A DNA stretch of 64,000 bases from an uncultured Elusimicrobia bacterium (GTDB lineage Bacteria; Elusimicrobiota; Elusimicrobia; Elusimicrobiales; UBA9959): assembly GCA_903917735.1 (NCBI GenBank), contig CAIXBR010000093.1:936-64935 (forward strand). The letters run 5' to 3'. A program made the position numbers and the translations under genes. The notes beneath the pieces are model-generated. The model had not been told where the DNA came from. It was given only the letters and a program-made list of their open reading frames with translations, and searched no databases. Shown here in pieces: positions 18,904 to 27,683 of the stretch; the first letter of the stretch is position 1, and each line of letters starts with the position of its first letter.

Positions 18904-18932
18904 AGTGTTACCTTTATACGAATAGTAACACT
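18904..18932. promoter_or_regulatory. NikR operator
   Basis: Perfect AGTGTTAC-N13-GTAACACT directly upstream of the nikR start. Confidence 0.8.
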
Positions 18933-19019
18933 TTTCGGCGGGCCCGGTCAAAACACGCGAGGCGGCAAATAAGAACGGTCCCTCAAGTGAAGGGCAGTTT
19001 TTATTGCTTGCCGGGAGAG

Positions 19020-21308
19020 CTAATTGTTTTCCTTATATCCCTTGAGCGCGTACCAGGCCTGCCCCAGGGCTATTCCGCCGTCGTTGGCGGGCACACGGAC
19101 ATTGGTGAGAACCTTAAGCCCCCCCTTTGAAGCGCGGCGCGTTACGGACTCCAGCAGGGCGCGGTTCTGAAAAACCCCGCCTGAAAGACAGACGGTCTTT
19201 ATCCCCGTCGCCGAAGAAATATATAAAAGCGCCGACGAAGCGGCGCGGGCCAGCCCGGAGTGGAACCGGGAGGAGATGACCACGGGTGTGAGCCCGGCCA
19301 GCCTGTCCGCCGCCGCCGCCCGTACCGCAGGGCCGGGGTCCAGCTGCAGGAATGGACCGGGAATAAGCCTAAATTCGTAGGCTCCGTACCCTTTCCCGTC
19401 CAGCAGGCTTTCCATCTCCATAGGCCCCTGCGCCTCGTAGGTGGCTTCCGTCCTGACGCCCGCGATAAAGCTGAAGGCGTCGAAAAGGCGCCCCATGCTG
19501 GAAGTTTCCGGACAGTTAACCCCCGCCTCTATCATCCTTTCCACCGTGAGCAGACCGGCCTGGGGCACAACCTTGAACAGAGTTCCGGCGCGCCTGCGCC
19601 AGTCCGACCCGAAGGCGGCCTTCACAAGCGCCAGGGCGGGCCGCCAGATCTCGAGGGCGCCTATATCACCACCCGGCAGGCCGAAATATTTCAAATGCCC
19701 GGCGCGGCGCCAGCAGTTCCTTTCGAAAACCAGGAATTCCGAACCCCAGATCTTCCCGTCCGCGCCGTAGCCTGTACCGTCGAACGCCGCCCCGATGAAG
19801 GGATCGGAAAGCCCGTGTTCGGCGGCCACGCTGAGAATGTGCGCGGCATGGTGCTGTACCGGGACCTTGCGGCCGGGCAGCGCGCGCGCCAGGGCGGTGG
19901 AGGCGTAGTCGGGATGCAGGTCGTGCGCCACAATTACGGGAGCTACCTTAAGCAGGGCGCGCATCTTGGCGAGAGTTTCACTGTAGAATTCCTGGTTCTT
20001 CGGCTCGGAGAGGTCGCCTATGTGCTGGGAGAGGAAGGCCTCGGAGCCGCGCGTGAGGCAGAAAGCGTTCTTAAGGTCCGCGCCGCAGGCCAGCAGCGGG
20101 CGGCCGCCTGAAGCCAGCTTTACCGCCCCGGGCACATAGCCCCGGGCCCTGCGCGCCAGCCGCAGTTCCCCCGCCGCCTCGAAAGCGACGCTGTCGTCCA
20201 CCCTGTTATGGATTGGCCTGTCATGCGAAAGGGTAAATGAAGCGACCCCTGACAGGCGGGCTTTCACTTCGGGGCTGTCCTTGCAGATGGGCTCGTCCCG
20301 GAAATTACCGGAGGTCATTACCAGCGGGCCGGAGAAACCTTGTTCAGCCAGGAGAGCGAAAAGCGCGGCGTGAAGCGGCGTATACGGCAGCATGACGCCG
20401 AGCTTCGCTAGGCCGGGGGCCGCGCCGGCGAAGGAACCCGGCACGCGCTTGAGCAGCATCACTACCGGGGCCTCCGAAGAAGAGAGCGCCGCCGCCTCTA
20501 ATTTTGAAACGAAGCAGGCGCGGCGCGCTTCGGCCAAAGAGGGGACCATAACGGCAAAAGGTTTATGGGGTCGGGATTTAGCGCCGCGAAGTTTTTTCAG
20601 CGCGCCCGGGACGTCGGCACGGCAGGCCAGGTGAAAGCCGCCTAGGCTCTGCAGCGCCCCCACACGGCCGGCGATAAGCAGCGCGGCAGTCCGCTCCAGG
20701 GCGGCACGGCCGGTATATTCACAGCCTCCGGCCCCCAGCCGCACCGCGGGGCCGCAGACGGGGCAGGCGTCGGGCTGGGCGTGAAAACGCCGGTCCAGCG
20801 GATCCATGTATTCGCGCAGGCAGTCCGGGCACATCTTAAAGCCGGACATGGTGGTGGCGGGCCGGTCATAAGGCACGCTTTTTACTATGGTAAAACGCGG
20901 GCCGCAATTGGTGCAGTTGGTGAAAGGATAAAGGTAGCGCCTGTCGGAAGGCGTCAATAGTTCACGGCGGCAGTCCGCGCAAAGAGCCAGGTCGGCCGGG
21001 ATAATGGCCGCGGCCGGGGCCGCGCCGCCGCTTTTAGTTATAAAAAATCCTTTCTCTCCGGCTGGGACCAGGACCGAGACCGAAACCGAATCCACCCGCG
21101 AGGCCGGCGGCTTCAGGCGACTGATATCGCGTATAAAATCATTAAGTTTTACCGCCGGGCCTTCGGCTTCAACGGTAACTCCGGAGGCGTCGTTCTTCAC
21201 CCATCCGGAGACGGAGTGCAGGGACGCTAGCCTGTAGACGTGCGGCCTGAAGCCTACGCCCTGCACTACGCCCTTTACTAATATTTTTTTTCTGAAGATG
21301 GGAGGCAT
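19020..21308 (-). CDS. hypF: Hydrogenase maturation carbamoyltransferase
   Basis: GVVQGVGFRP acylphosphatase domain, CxxC zinc fingers, HDLHPDY, QHHAAH, PANDGG. Confidence 0.96.
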   Translation of the reverse strand: MPPIFRKKILVKGVVQGVGFRPHVYRLASLHSVSGWVKNDASGVTVEAEGPAVKLNDFIRDISRLKPPASRVDSVSVSVLVPAGEKGFFITKSGGAAPAAAIIPADLALCADCRRELLTPSDRRYLYPFTNCTNCGPRFTIVKSVPYDRPATTMSGFKMCPDCLREYMDPLDRRFHAQPDACPVCGPAVRLGAGGCEYTGRAALERTAALLIAGRVGALQSLGGFHLACRADVPGALKKLRGAKSRPHKPFAVMVPSLAEARRACFVSKLEAAALSSSEAPVVMLLKRVPGSFAGAAPGLAKLGVMLPYTPLHAALFALLAEQGFSGPLVMTSGNFRDEPICKDSPEVKARLSGVASFTLSHDRPIHNRVDDSVAFEAAGELRLARRARGYVPGAVKLASGGRPLLACGADLKNAFCLTRGSEAFLSQHIGDLSEPKNQEFYSETLAKMRALLKVAPVIVAHDLHPDYASTALARALPGRKVPVQHHAAHILSVAAEHGLSDPFIGAAFDGTGYGADGKIWGSEFLVFERNCWRRAGHLKYFGLPGGDIGALEIWRPALALVKAAFGSDWRRRAGTLFKVVPQAGLLTVERMIEAGVNCPETSSMGRLFDAFSFIAGVRTEATYEAQGPMEMESLLDGKGYGAYEFRLIPGPFLQLDPGPAVRAAAADRLAGLTPVVISSRFHSGLARAASSALLYISSATGIKTVCLSGGVFQNRALLESVTRRASKGGLKVLTNVRVPANDGGIALGQAWYALKGYKENN

Positions 21309-21316
21309 TAAAGTTA

Positions 21317-22132
21317 TTATTTCCCGGTCACTACCTGGCCTTTAGCGTAGTCCAGTTCGCTGCCGAACATGCTGTGCGGCACAAAGTAAACCACCGCTGT
21401 CACGGCAAAGGCGGCGATAAGCCAGAAGCGCGCGGCTTTCGCCTTAAGGGTAGACCACAAGGCTATAAGCCAGAACACCAGCATAACCAGTGTTTTATTG
21501 TCCGTAAGGTCGTAACCGTAGGGAAAGCCGGTCCAGGCCTGGCCAAAGGCGTAATACTGCGTGAGCGGGCCGAAAAGAAACCCGCCGAGAACGAGGAACC
21601 CCACGGTTGCGGGAACGGAGTGGCGCACCGGCTCAAGGCCGAAAGCCGCCGAAAGGAAAATGCGCACCGAGAACAGCATAAAAAGGAACATCAGAGCGAT
21701 ATGAGGGATAAGGATCCAGCCCGGCACAGCTCCCTTGAAGCGCGTGATAATAGGCCCGCCGCCCAACTGTGTGTCGCCGGACTCCGTTTTTATGAAAACT
21801 TTATACTCCAGCTTTCCCGCCGGGGACTGGTCAGGCAGGTAGCCGAACAGCCAGCCGTTCTTATATACGAGCGGAATTTGCACATAAGTGCCGGAGGTCC
21901 TGTAGCGGGTCCACTCTGCGCGGCCTTCCAGGGGCGCGGCGGACTTCAGCTTTATTTCACAATCCGCCGCCCCGACGGTGCAACTGCGCGGGAACCGATA
22001 AGACAAGATCTTAGCCGAACCGAAGGTTTCCGGTCCGCCTTTGACCGGGTAAGTGGGCCCGGTCATGCGCTGGAACACGGCGAAGAACAGCGTGATAAGA
22101 AAACTAAGGCCCCAGAGCAGGGATTTTTTCAT
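21317..22132 (-). CDS. Hypothetical multi-pass membrane protein in the hyp operon
   Basis: N-terminal TM, soluble domain, about 4 C-terminal TMs; abuts hypE and hypF. Confidence 0.7.
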   Translation of the reverse strand: MKKSLLWGLSFLITLFFAVFQRMTGPTYPVKGGPETFGSAKILSYRFPRSCTVGAADCEIKLKSAAPLEGRAEWTRYRTSGTYVQIPLVYKNGWLFGYLPDQSPAGKLEYKVFIKTESGDTQLGGGPIITRFKGAVPGWILIPHIALMFLFMLFSVRIFLSAAFGLEPVRHSVPATVGFLVLGGFLFGPLTQYYAFGQAWTGFPYGYDLTDNKTLVMLVFWLIALWSTLKAKAARFWLIAAFAVTAVVYFVPHSMFGSELDYAKGQVVTGK

Positions 22133-22133
22133 A

Positions 22134-23144
22134 TCAGCAGATGCGGGGCAGCTGTTCCCCCTCCAGCATCAGCAGTATCCGTGAGCCCCCTATCGCCGTG
22201 TTAAGCCGCACCCTGGGTATCTTTTCCTTTACCATGCGCCCGACGATAGCGGCCTTCCTGCCGTAGCCGTGCGCGCGCATGGCCTTCAGTATTCCCAGAG
22301 CCGCCTCCGGCGCGGCAAAAACGGCTATCTTCCCCTCATTCGCCACATACAGCGGGTCCAGGCCCAGCAGGGCGCAGGCGCTCTTTGCGGCGGGCGAGAC
22401 AGGGACCGAGTTTTCGTCAAGTTCCGCGCCGAAACCGCAGGCCCCGGAAACCTCGTTGAGAACGGTAGCCAGGCCGCCGCGCGTGATATCCCTCATGGCC
22501 CTTATGCCGGGAACGCGGAGCGCCGCCTCTATCAGGCCGTTGAGCGGGGCGGCGTCGCTTCTCACGCCGCCCTCCAGCCCCAGCCGGTCGCGGGCGTTCA
22601 TAACGGCCACGCCGTGGTCGGCAAGGTTTCCGCTTACTATTATTATGTCCCCGGGCCTGACGGCGGCGGAGGTAAGCCGCCTGCCCTTGGGAATAAGGCC
22701 CACGCCCGCGGTGTTTATAAATATACCGTCCGCTTTCCCCTTTTCCACCACCTTGGTGTCGCCGGTGACTATGGAGACGCCGGCCTCGTCGGCCGCCCTG
22801 CGCATGGAGGCCGTTATGCGGCAAAGCAGGGCTCCGGGAAAGCCTTCTTCAAGGATGAACCCGGCCGAAAGCGCCGCCGGCCTGGCGCCCTTTACGGCCA
22901 GGTCGTTCACCGTGCCACAGACCGCTACGCGGCCTATATCCCCGCCCGGAAACTCCACCGGCGTGACCACATAGGAATCAGTGGTAAAGGCCAAGGTGAC
23001 GCCGCCGACCTTGATCTCGGCGGCATCCTCCAGCGGCCTCAGTGAAGGATTTGAAAAACTTTTAAGAAAAACGCTCTCCACCAGTTCCCGGCTGAGACGC
23101 CCGCCGCTGCCGTGGGCCAGCACGACTTTGTTGAAAGGCGCCAT
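22134..23144 (-). CDS. hypE: Hydrogenase maturation carbamoyl dehydratase
   Basis: HGSGG, FTTDSYVV, GDTKVV, RDITRGG, C-terminal PRIC. Confidence 0.96.
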   Translation of the reverse strand: MAPFNKVVLAHGSGGRLSRELVESVFLKSFSNPSLRPLEDAAEIKVGGVTLAFTTDSYVVTPVEFPGGDIGRVAVCGTVNDLAVKGARPAALSAGFILEEGFPGALLCRITASMRRAADEAGVSIVTGDTKVVEKGKADGIFINTAGVGLIPKGRRLTSAAVRPGDIIIVSGNLADHGVAVMNARDRLGLEGGVRSDAAPLNGLIEAALRVPGIRAMRDITRGGLATVLNEVSGACGFGAELDENSVPVSPAAKSACALLGLDPLYVANEGKIAVFAAPEAALGILKAMRAHGYGRKAAIVGRMVKEKIPRVRLNTAIGGSRILLMLEGEQLPRIC

Positions 23145-24052
23145 TAGCCCCTCCCCACCGGTACTTTGACCGGGCGCTCAAAAATTCCGACAAAACCACG
23201 CGCCGCCGGGGAAAGCTTGCGCCCGCGGCTGTGGATCAGGTAGATGGGACGCAGGAAAGGGACGCCCGAGAACTTAAGGGCGTGCAGCGTGATGCCGTTC
23301 TCGTCATCGCGCACGGCGGAACGCGGTAGTATGGACACCCCGGCCCCGGAAGCGACCGCCGTCTTGATAGTCTCGATATTGTCCAGCTCCATCTTGATGT
23401 GCGGTTTCACGCCGTGCTTGCGCAGGAAGCTGTCTATATAGCGCCTGGACGGGAAGATCCGGTCGAAGAAAATGAAATCCATCCCGTCTAGTTCCCGGAT
23501 CTCCACGGTCTTGCGGCCGGCCAGCGGGGACGCGGAACCGGCTATCAGCACCATCTCGTCCTTGGCGACCGGCAGCATGGTCAGCCCGGAAGACTTGCGG
23601 TAGGGACAGGCCATAAAGCCGAAATCGGCCCGGCCGGAGGAAACATCGGAATAGATCTGGGAGAATTGCCGGTACTCCACGCTTATCTTGGTGCGCGGAT
23701 TATGCGCCAGGAACTGGCGGATGTAGTTCTGTATGATATAGATCCCCGCGCTGTAGATGGTGGAGATCTTTATCTCGTCGGCGTGCCGCTCCGTACCCAA
23801 CTCGTGTATGCCTTTAAGGGCCCCGCTATAGATCGCCGCCACTTTTTTCGCGGCGTCGTAGAATTTTTCTCCGCCCGGGGTAAGGACTATCCTGCCGGCC
23901 TGGCGGTGGTAAAGCTTGCATTTCAGCACCAGCTCCAGCTTTTTTACCTGCTGGCTTACCGCCGACTGCGAGACGTAGTTCATTTCCGCGGTCTTTGAAA
24001 AACTCCCGGTGTCTGAAAGGTCCCGGAAAACCTTGAGGGTTTCTATGTTCAT
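23144..24052 (-). CDS. LysR family transcriptional regulator
   Basis: GSFSKTAE..SQSAVSQQVKKLE helix-turn-helix; substrate-binding domain. Confidence 0.92.
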   Translation of the reverse strand: MNIETLKVFRDLSDTGSFSKTAEMNYVSQSAVSQQVKKLELVLKCKLYHRQAGRIVLTPGGEKFYDAAKKVAAIYSGALKGIHELGTERHADEIKISTIYSAGIYIIQNYIRQFLAHNPRTKISVEYRQFSQIYSDVSSGRADFGFMACPYRKSSGLTMLPVAKDEMVLIAGSASPLAGRKTVEIRELDGMDFIFFDRIFPSRRYIDSFLRKHGVKPHIKMELDNIETIKTAVASGAGVSILPRSAVRDDENGITLHALKFSGVPFLRPIYLIHSRGRKLSPAARGFVGIFERPVKVPVGRG

Positions 24053-24078
24053 AGTTTTAGGGTCGCAGGCTGCAGAGT

Positions 24079-25206
24079 CTAATTTCCGTATTTAAACCAG
24101 GCGGCGCAGGCGCCTTCCGAAGAAACCATGCAGGGGCCCACAGCCGAAGACGGCGTGCAGACTTTACCAAAGAGCGGGCAGTCCGGCGGCAGGGCTTTGC
24201 CCAGCAGGATGCCACCGCAGCGGCAGCCTTTGGGCTCCGGCGCCTCTTTGTACTTTATGCCGAAACGCTTTACAGCGTCGAAAGCCGCGTAGGCCTTTGA
24301 GAAGGACAGGCCTGTGTTCTTAACCGTACCGATGGCGCGCCAGGAAGCAGGGGTGACCGTGAAAACCTCCCGTATGAGCTTTTTAGCGGCCGGGTTGCCG
24401 TCCGCCGGCACCGCCCTGAAATATTCATCCTCCACCGCCGGCTTGCCGGAAACTATCTGCTTCAGCAGCATATTTATGGCGGTAAGGATGTCCAGCGGCT
24501 CGAACCCGGTAACAACGCAGGGCACGCGGTATTTTTTAGCCACGAACCTGTAGGGCTCAAGCCCGATGATGGCGCTGACATGCCCGGGCAATATGAAGCC
24601 GTGTATTTTATTTCCGGGGTCGGACAGCAGGAGTTCCAGCGCCGGCGGGACCAGCTTAAAAAAAGCGGTGGAGGAAAAATTCTTAAGCCCCATTTTTTTC
24701 GCGCGTGCCACGGCGGCGCCGATAACCGGGGCGGTGGTCTCGAAGCCAACTCCGATAAAAACCACCTGGCGGGCGGGCTCGGCTGCGGCAAGGGCCACCG
24801 CGTCCAGCGGCGAGTAGACCACGCGCACGTCGGCGCCGGACTCGCGCATGGCGTGCAGGTCCAGGCCTTTAGAGCCTTTGACCTTCAGCATGTCCCCGAA
24901 GGTGGTAATGATCACACCCGGGATCGCGGTAAGCGACAGCACGCGGTCTATATCGCCCTGCGAGGTGACGCAGACGGGGCAGCCTGGCCCCGAGAGCATG
25001 CGGAGCCCTTCAGGGAAAAGCCGGCGCATGCCGCTGGCGGCGATGGCCATGGTATGGGTGCCGCACACCTCCATAAAGTTCACGCGCCCGCCGTTTTTAG
25101 CGGCGGCCAATAAGGCCAGTTTCTCCATTTCGGAGAGCGCGGCGGAGGCCAGACCGCGGTCCCGCCACAGCGGAGAGGAGAAGCGTTCAGCGGCGGCGTT
25201 CCTCAT
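24079..25206 (-). CDS. hypD: Hydrogenase maturation protein
   Basis: CGTH, GPGCPVC, GFETT, PGHVS, C-terminal 4Fe-4S cysteines. Confidence 0.96.
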   Translation of the reverse strand: MRNAAAERFSSPLWRDRGLASAALSEMEKLALLAAAKNGGRVNFMEVCGTHTMAIAASGMRRLFPEGLRMLSGPGCPVCVTSQGDIDRVLSLTAIPGVIITTFGDMLKVKGSKGLDLHAMRESGADVRVVYSPLDAVALAAAEPARQVVFIGVGFETTAPVIGAAVARAKKMGLKNFSSTAFFKLVPPALELLLSDPGNKIHGFILPGHVSAIIGLEPYRFVAKKYRVPCVVTGFEPLDILTAINMLLKQIVSGKPAVEDEYFRAVPADGNPAAKKLIREVFTVTPASWRAIGTVKNTGLSFSKAYAAFDAVKRFGIKYKEAPEPKGCRCGGILLGKALPPDCPLFGKVCTPSSAVGPCMVSSEGACAAWFKYGN

Positions 25207-25463
25207 GGGCGGTTGTGGGCGAGAGGGCCGGAAAAGGCGTCCCCTTCGGATTGAGCATATATCTCTTTAAAGAGTTTAAGTGTTTCTTCCGCTTCTTTCG
25301 GTTCAAGTACCTGTATGGCGAAGCCGGCATGCACAAGGACATAGTCGTTCTTCTTGGCCGCCGGGACCAAGTCCAGCGAGACGGCGCGCTTAACGCCGCT
25401 GAAATCCACTTCCGCGTTCCTGTTCTTGACCAATATTATTTTTCCGGGGACCGCTAAGCACAT
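25203..25463 (-). CDS. hypC: Hydrogenase assembly chaperone
   Basis: MCLAVPG, VLVHAGFA. Confidence 0.96.
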   Translation of the reverse strand: MCLAVPGKIILVKNRNAEVDFSGVKRAVSLDLVPAAKKNDYVLVHAGFAIQVLEPKEAEETLKLFKEIYAQSEGDAFSGPLAHNRP

Positions 25464-25487
25464 AAGATCTCCTGGGAAGCTGCGCGG

Positions 25488-25522
25488 TATTAGTTTTATT
25501 AATAGTTCCTGTATAAATTATA
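25488..25522 (-). promoter_or_regulatory. hyp operon promoter region with a putative LysR box
   Basis: TATTA-N7-TAATA dyad (T-N11-A) next to a minus-strand TATAAT at 25517-25522. Confidence 0.35.
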
Positions 25523-25631
25523 CTATTTTAGCGCGGGCCGGCAGGAGGGCCTGCGGACTCACTCTCTTTTTTCAAGGCGGCGGCTTTTTTGCTATACTAT
25601 TTATCCTGAAGTTAGTTAGCTCTTTATATTT

Positions 25632-25715
25632 GGTTGGGTGACTGAGCGGTCAAAAGTAACGGTCTGTAAAACCGTCGGGCTACGCCCTACGAAGGTTCGA
25701 ATCCTTCCCCAACCA
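25632..25715 (+). tRNA. tRNA-Tyr(GTA)
   Basis: Acceptor GGTTGGG/CCCAACC, anticodon arm ACGGT-ctGTAaa-ACCGT, GGTTCGAATCC, long variable arm. Confidence 0.95.
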
Positions 25716-25739
25716 TGTTTTATTTCGGTGATCTTTTAT

Positions 25740-25823
25740 GCGCGGGTGGCGGAACTGGCAGACGCGCACGGCTCAGGACCGTGTGACCGAAAGGTCTTAT
25801 GGGTTCAACTCCCTTCCCGCGCA
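25740..25823 (+). tRNA. tRNA-Leu(CAG)
   Basis: Acceptor GCGCGGG/CCCGCGC, CACGG-ctCAGga-CCGTG, GGTTCAACTCC. Confidence 0.95.
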
Positions 25824-25832
25824 TTAGTTTTC

Positions 25833-25868
25833 AAAAAGCGGTTCGCTATTTATAGCGGGCCGTTTTTT
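25833..25868. terminator. Bidirectional terminator between the tRNAs and pilD
   Basis: AAAAAGCGGTTCGCTA-ttta-TAGCGGGCCGTTTTTT. Confidence 0.7.
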
Positions 25869-25889
25869 ATTTATGGAATTTTATTAAAC

Positions 25890-26675
25890 CTAAAAAGGAA
25901 GGACGAAAAAGAAACACTCCGGCTTTACCAGGGCGTAGAGGTTTATCAAAGCCCCCAGCGCGAGAAAGGGCCCGAACGGCATATGCGACATCCGCTCCGC
26001 CCGTTTCATAAGCAGCAGGCTTATGCCGTACACAGACCCGAAGAAGGAAGCTATGATGACGCCGGAAACCACGCCCTGCCACCCGCACAGCGACCCTATC
26101 GCCCCCATCAGGAAGATATCCCCCTCGCCGACGGCGTCCTTCTTATAGATCGCTTTACCCAGGAAAGCCAGGCCCCAGATAAAGCCGGCCCCGACCGCGG
26201 CCCCCAGCACAGCCTGCCCAAGCCTCACTATCCAGCCGCCCTGAAAGTTGGGATTCAGATAACTGCCGGCAAGGCCGAGCCCGAAAAGTATCAGGGGGAA
26301 AAGATCAGAGATCATCATGGTCTCAAAATCCACCGCACTTACAACAATAAGCGCATATACCGCCAGCAGGGAAACCGCCAGCCAGCCGGGATTACCCAGC
26401 CACTTTACTGCGAAAAGCGCAGTAAGTATGCCTGTGAGCAGTTCTATTAAAGGGTACTTTAAGGAGATAGGCTCTCTGCAGGAACGGCAGCGCCCGCCCA
26501 GCAGGATAAAACTGACCAGAGGGATATTATCGTAAAACCTTATGGGGGCCAGGCATTTCGGGCAGCGCGAGGCCGGCCAGAGCAGAGACTCGTCTTTAGG
26601 AAGGCGGGCTATGCAGACATTAAGGAAACTGCCGAAGATCAGCCCGAAGCAGAAAGCGATAGCGGCGATTAGCAT
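25890..26675 (-). CDS. pilD: Prepilin peptidase A24A
   Basis: GSFLNV, two CxxC motifs, catalytic Asp in AVDFE and GEGD, PFGPFL. Confidence 0.93.
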   Translation of the reverse strand: MLIAAIAFCFGLIFGSFLNVCIARLPKDESLLWPASRCPKCLAPIRFYDNIPLVSFILLGGRCRSCREPISLKYPLIELLTGILTALFAVKWLGNPGWLAVSLLAVYALIVVSAVDFETMMISDLFPLILFGLGLAGSYLNPNFQGGWIVRLGQAVLGAAVGAGFIWGLAFLGKAIYKKDAVGEGDIFLMGAIGSLCGWQGVVSGVIIASFFGSVYGISLLLMKRAERMSHMPFGPFLALGALINLYALVKPECFFFVLPF

Positions 26676-26817
26676 CTGGATATTTTACAATACATGCGCA
26701 GGTGCCGTCACAAGCACTGTGCGCAGCGAATGGCCGATACTTGCACTTGCGCAGGTCAACCCGGCCGCGCTCTAAGCTCCCGGTCGGCGCAGAGCAGTGC
26801 AGTAATACGCTAACAAT

Positions 26818-26855
26818 AAAACCCCCCTGCGCCGTTAAGCGCAGGGGGGCTTTTT
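26818..26855 (-). terminator. Terminator of pilin copy 1
   Basis: CCCCCCTGCGC/GCGCAGGGGGG stem with flanking A/T tracts. Confidence 0.85.
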
Positions 26856-26870
26856 AACAACCCTTCCTCT

Positions 26871-27332
26871 TTAGAACGAGGTCCAGGGCTCAACAATGGC
26901 ACTGTTGTTCTGTCCTTTTATGTCATCGTGGGTGCAGCCAGCCACGAAGGTTCCCCACACTGCGCTGTTGGACTGGACATTGAAGTAAGCCCAGCCGCCG
27001 GAATCGCCGGCATACGCCGTGCCGGCCTGAGCAGTAACGACCTTAGTGTCGGCATGGGTGGTGCCCGGCAGCTTTGCTAGCGGAATCTCGTTGATGTACT
27101 TGCCGTTGGTGGTAAGTATCGCCAGTGTGTCCGTCGGGAACATGCCCTCGTTGTCGCCGTAGTACACCTGCAGCGCGCTGCGCACGGAGGAAAGAGCGCC
27201 TTTTGTAGCGCCTTCCTTTGCCTTATTGATGAGGTCAGAGAACTTCGGTATGGCTATTGCGGCCAGAATACCGATGATAGCGACCACGATCATGAGCTCG
27301 ATAAGGGTGAAGCCTTTTTTATTATTCATCAT
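26871..27332 (-). CDS. Type IV pilin / pseudopilin, copy 1
   Basis: KKG|FTLIELMIVVAIIGILAAIAIP class III signal; AGGAGG RBS. Confidence 0.93.
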   Translation of the reverse strand: MMNNKKGFTLIELMIVVAIIGILAAIAIPKFSDLINKAKEGATKGALSSVRSALQVYYGDNEGMFPTDTLAILTTNGKYINEIPLAKLPGTTHADTKVVTAQAGTAYAGDSGGWAYFNVQSNSAVWGTFVAGCTHDDIKGQNNSAIVEPWTSF

Positions 27333-27402
27333 TGAGTATACGTCCTCCTTAAGTTTCCCCCCTATGGATAATGCATAAATAATGTCCTCAGAGGGTATAA
27401 TA

Positions 27403-27432
27403 AATTTATATTAATAATGGCACACATGTCAA
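27403..27432 (-). promoter_or_regulatory. Promoter of pilin copy 1; first T of TTGACA is the last base of the intron remnant
   Basis: Minus strand TTGACA at 27432-27427, then an AT-rich -10 region (TATAAA/TAAATT); parallels the copy 2 promoter near 28215-28244. Confidence 0.6.
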
Positions 27433-27628
27433 TCGGGAGGAGCGGGTGATTAGTTCACCCGCCGTCCTCACCTCACTTGCGGTTCGTGTTCCTCGGGCCG
27501 GGACTTTGCCTCCGGCTTCCCTCAGATTCCGCCTCGCGGCGGACATCCTTGCCCTTTCGCTAACGGTTGACTCTATCAGCCTACGTAGGGGACTTTCATC
27601 CACAAGCGTGCGCGCATACCGCGCGCAT
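27432..27628 (-). mobile_element. Internally deleted (ORF-less, DII-DV missing) group IIC intron remnant
   Basis: Starts ATGCG (canonical GTGCG) right after a terminator T-tract; IIC domain I motifs GGATGAAAGTCC, CCGTTAGC, GCAAGG.TGTCCG..GCGA.GCGGAATCTGA.GGAAGC, GGCAAA, GAGGAACACGAAC; then a domain VI-like hairpin GCGGGTGA/TCACCCGC and terminal CGAT. Confidence 0.82.
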
Positions 27629-27630
27629 AT

Positions 27631-27668
27631 AAAAACCCCCCGCGCCGTTAAGCGCAGAGGGTCTTTTT
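27631..27668 (-). terminator. Terminator of pilin copy 2 (intron target site)
   Basis: Minus strand AAAAAGACCCTCTGCGC-loop-GCGCGGGGGGTTTTT. Confidence 0.85.
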
Positions 27669-27683
27669 AACAACCCTTCCTCT

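Noticed and set aside
18528-18951. 124-aa and 83-aa ORFs as real genes
   Set aside because: Out-of-frame read-through products of the nikR/transporter junction
25638-26450. 270-aa plus-strand ORF
   Set aside because: Overlaps two tRNAs and is antisense to pilD
26692-26840. Integron attC site
   Set aside because: No properly placed RYYYAAC...GTTRRRY pair around the hairpin and no integrase in the window
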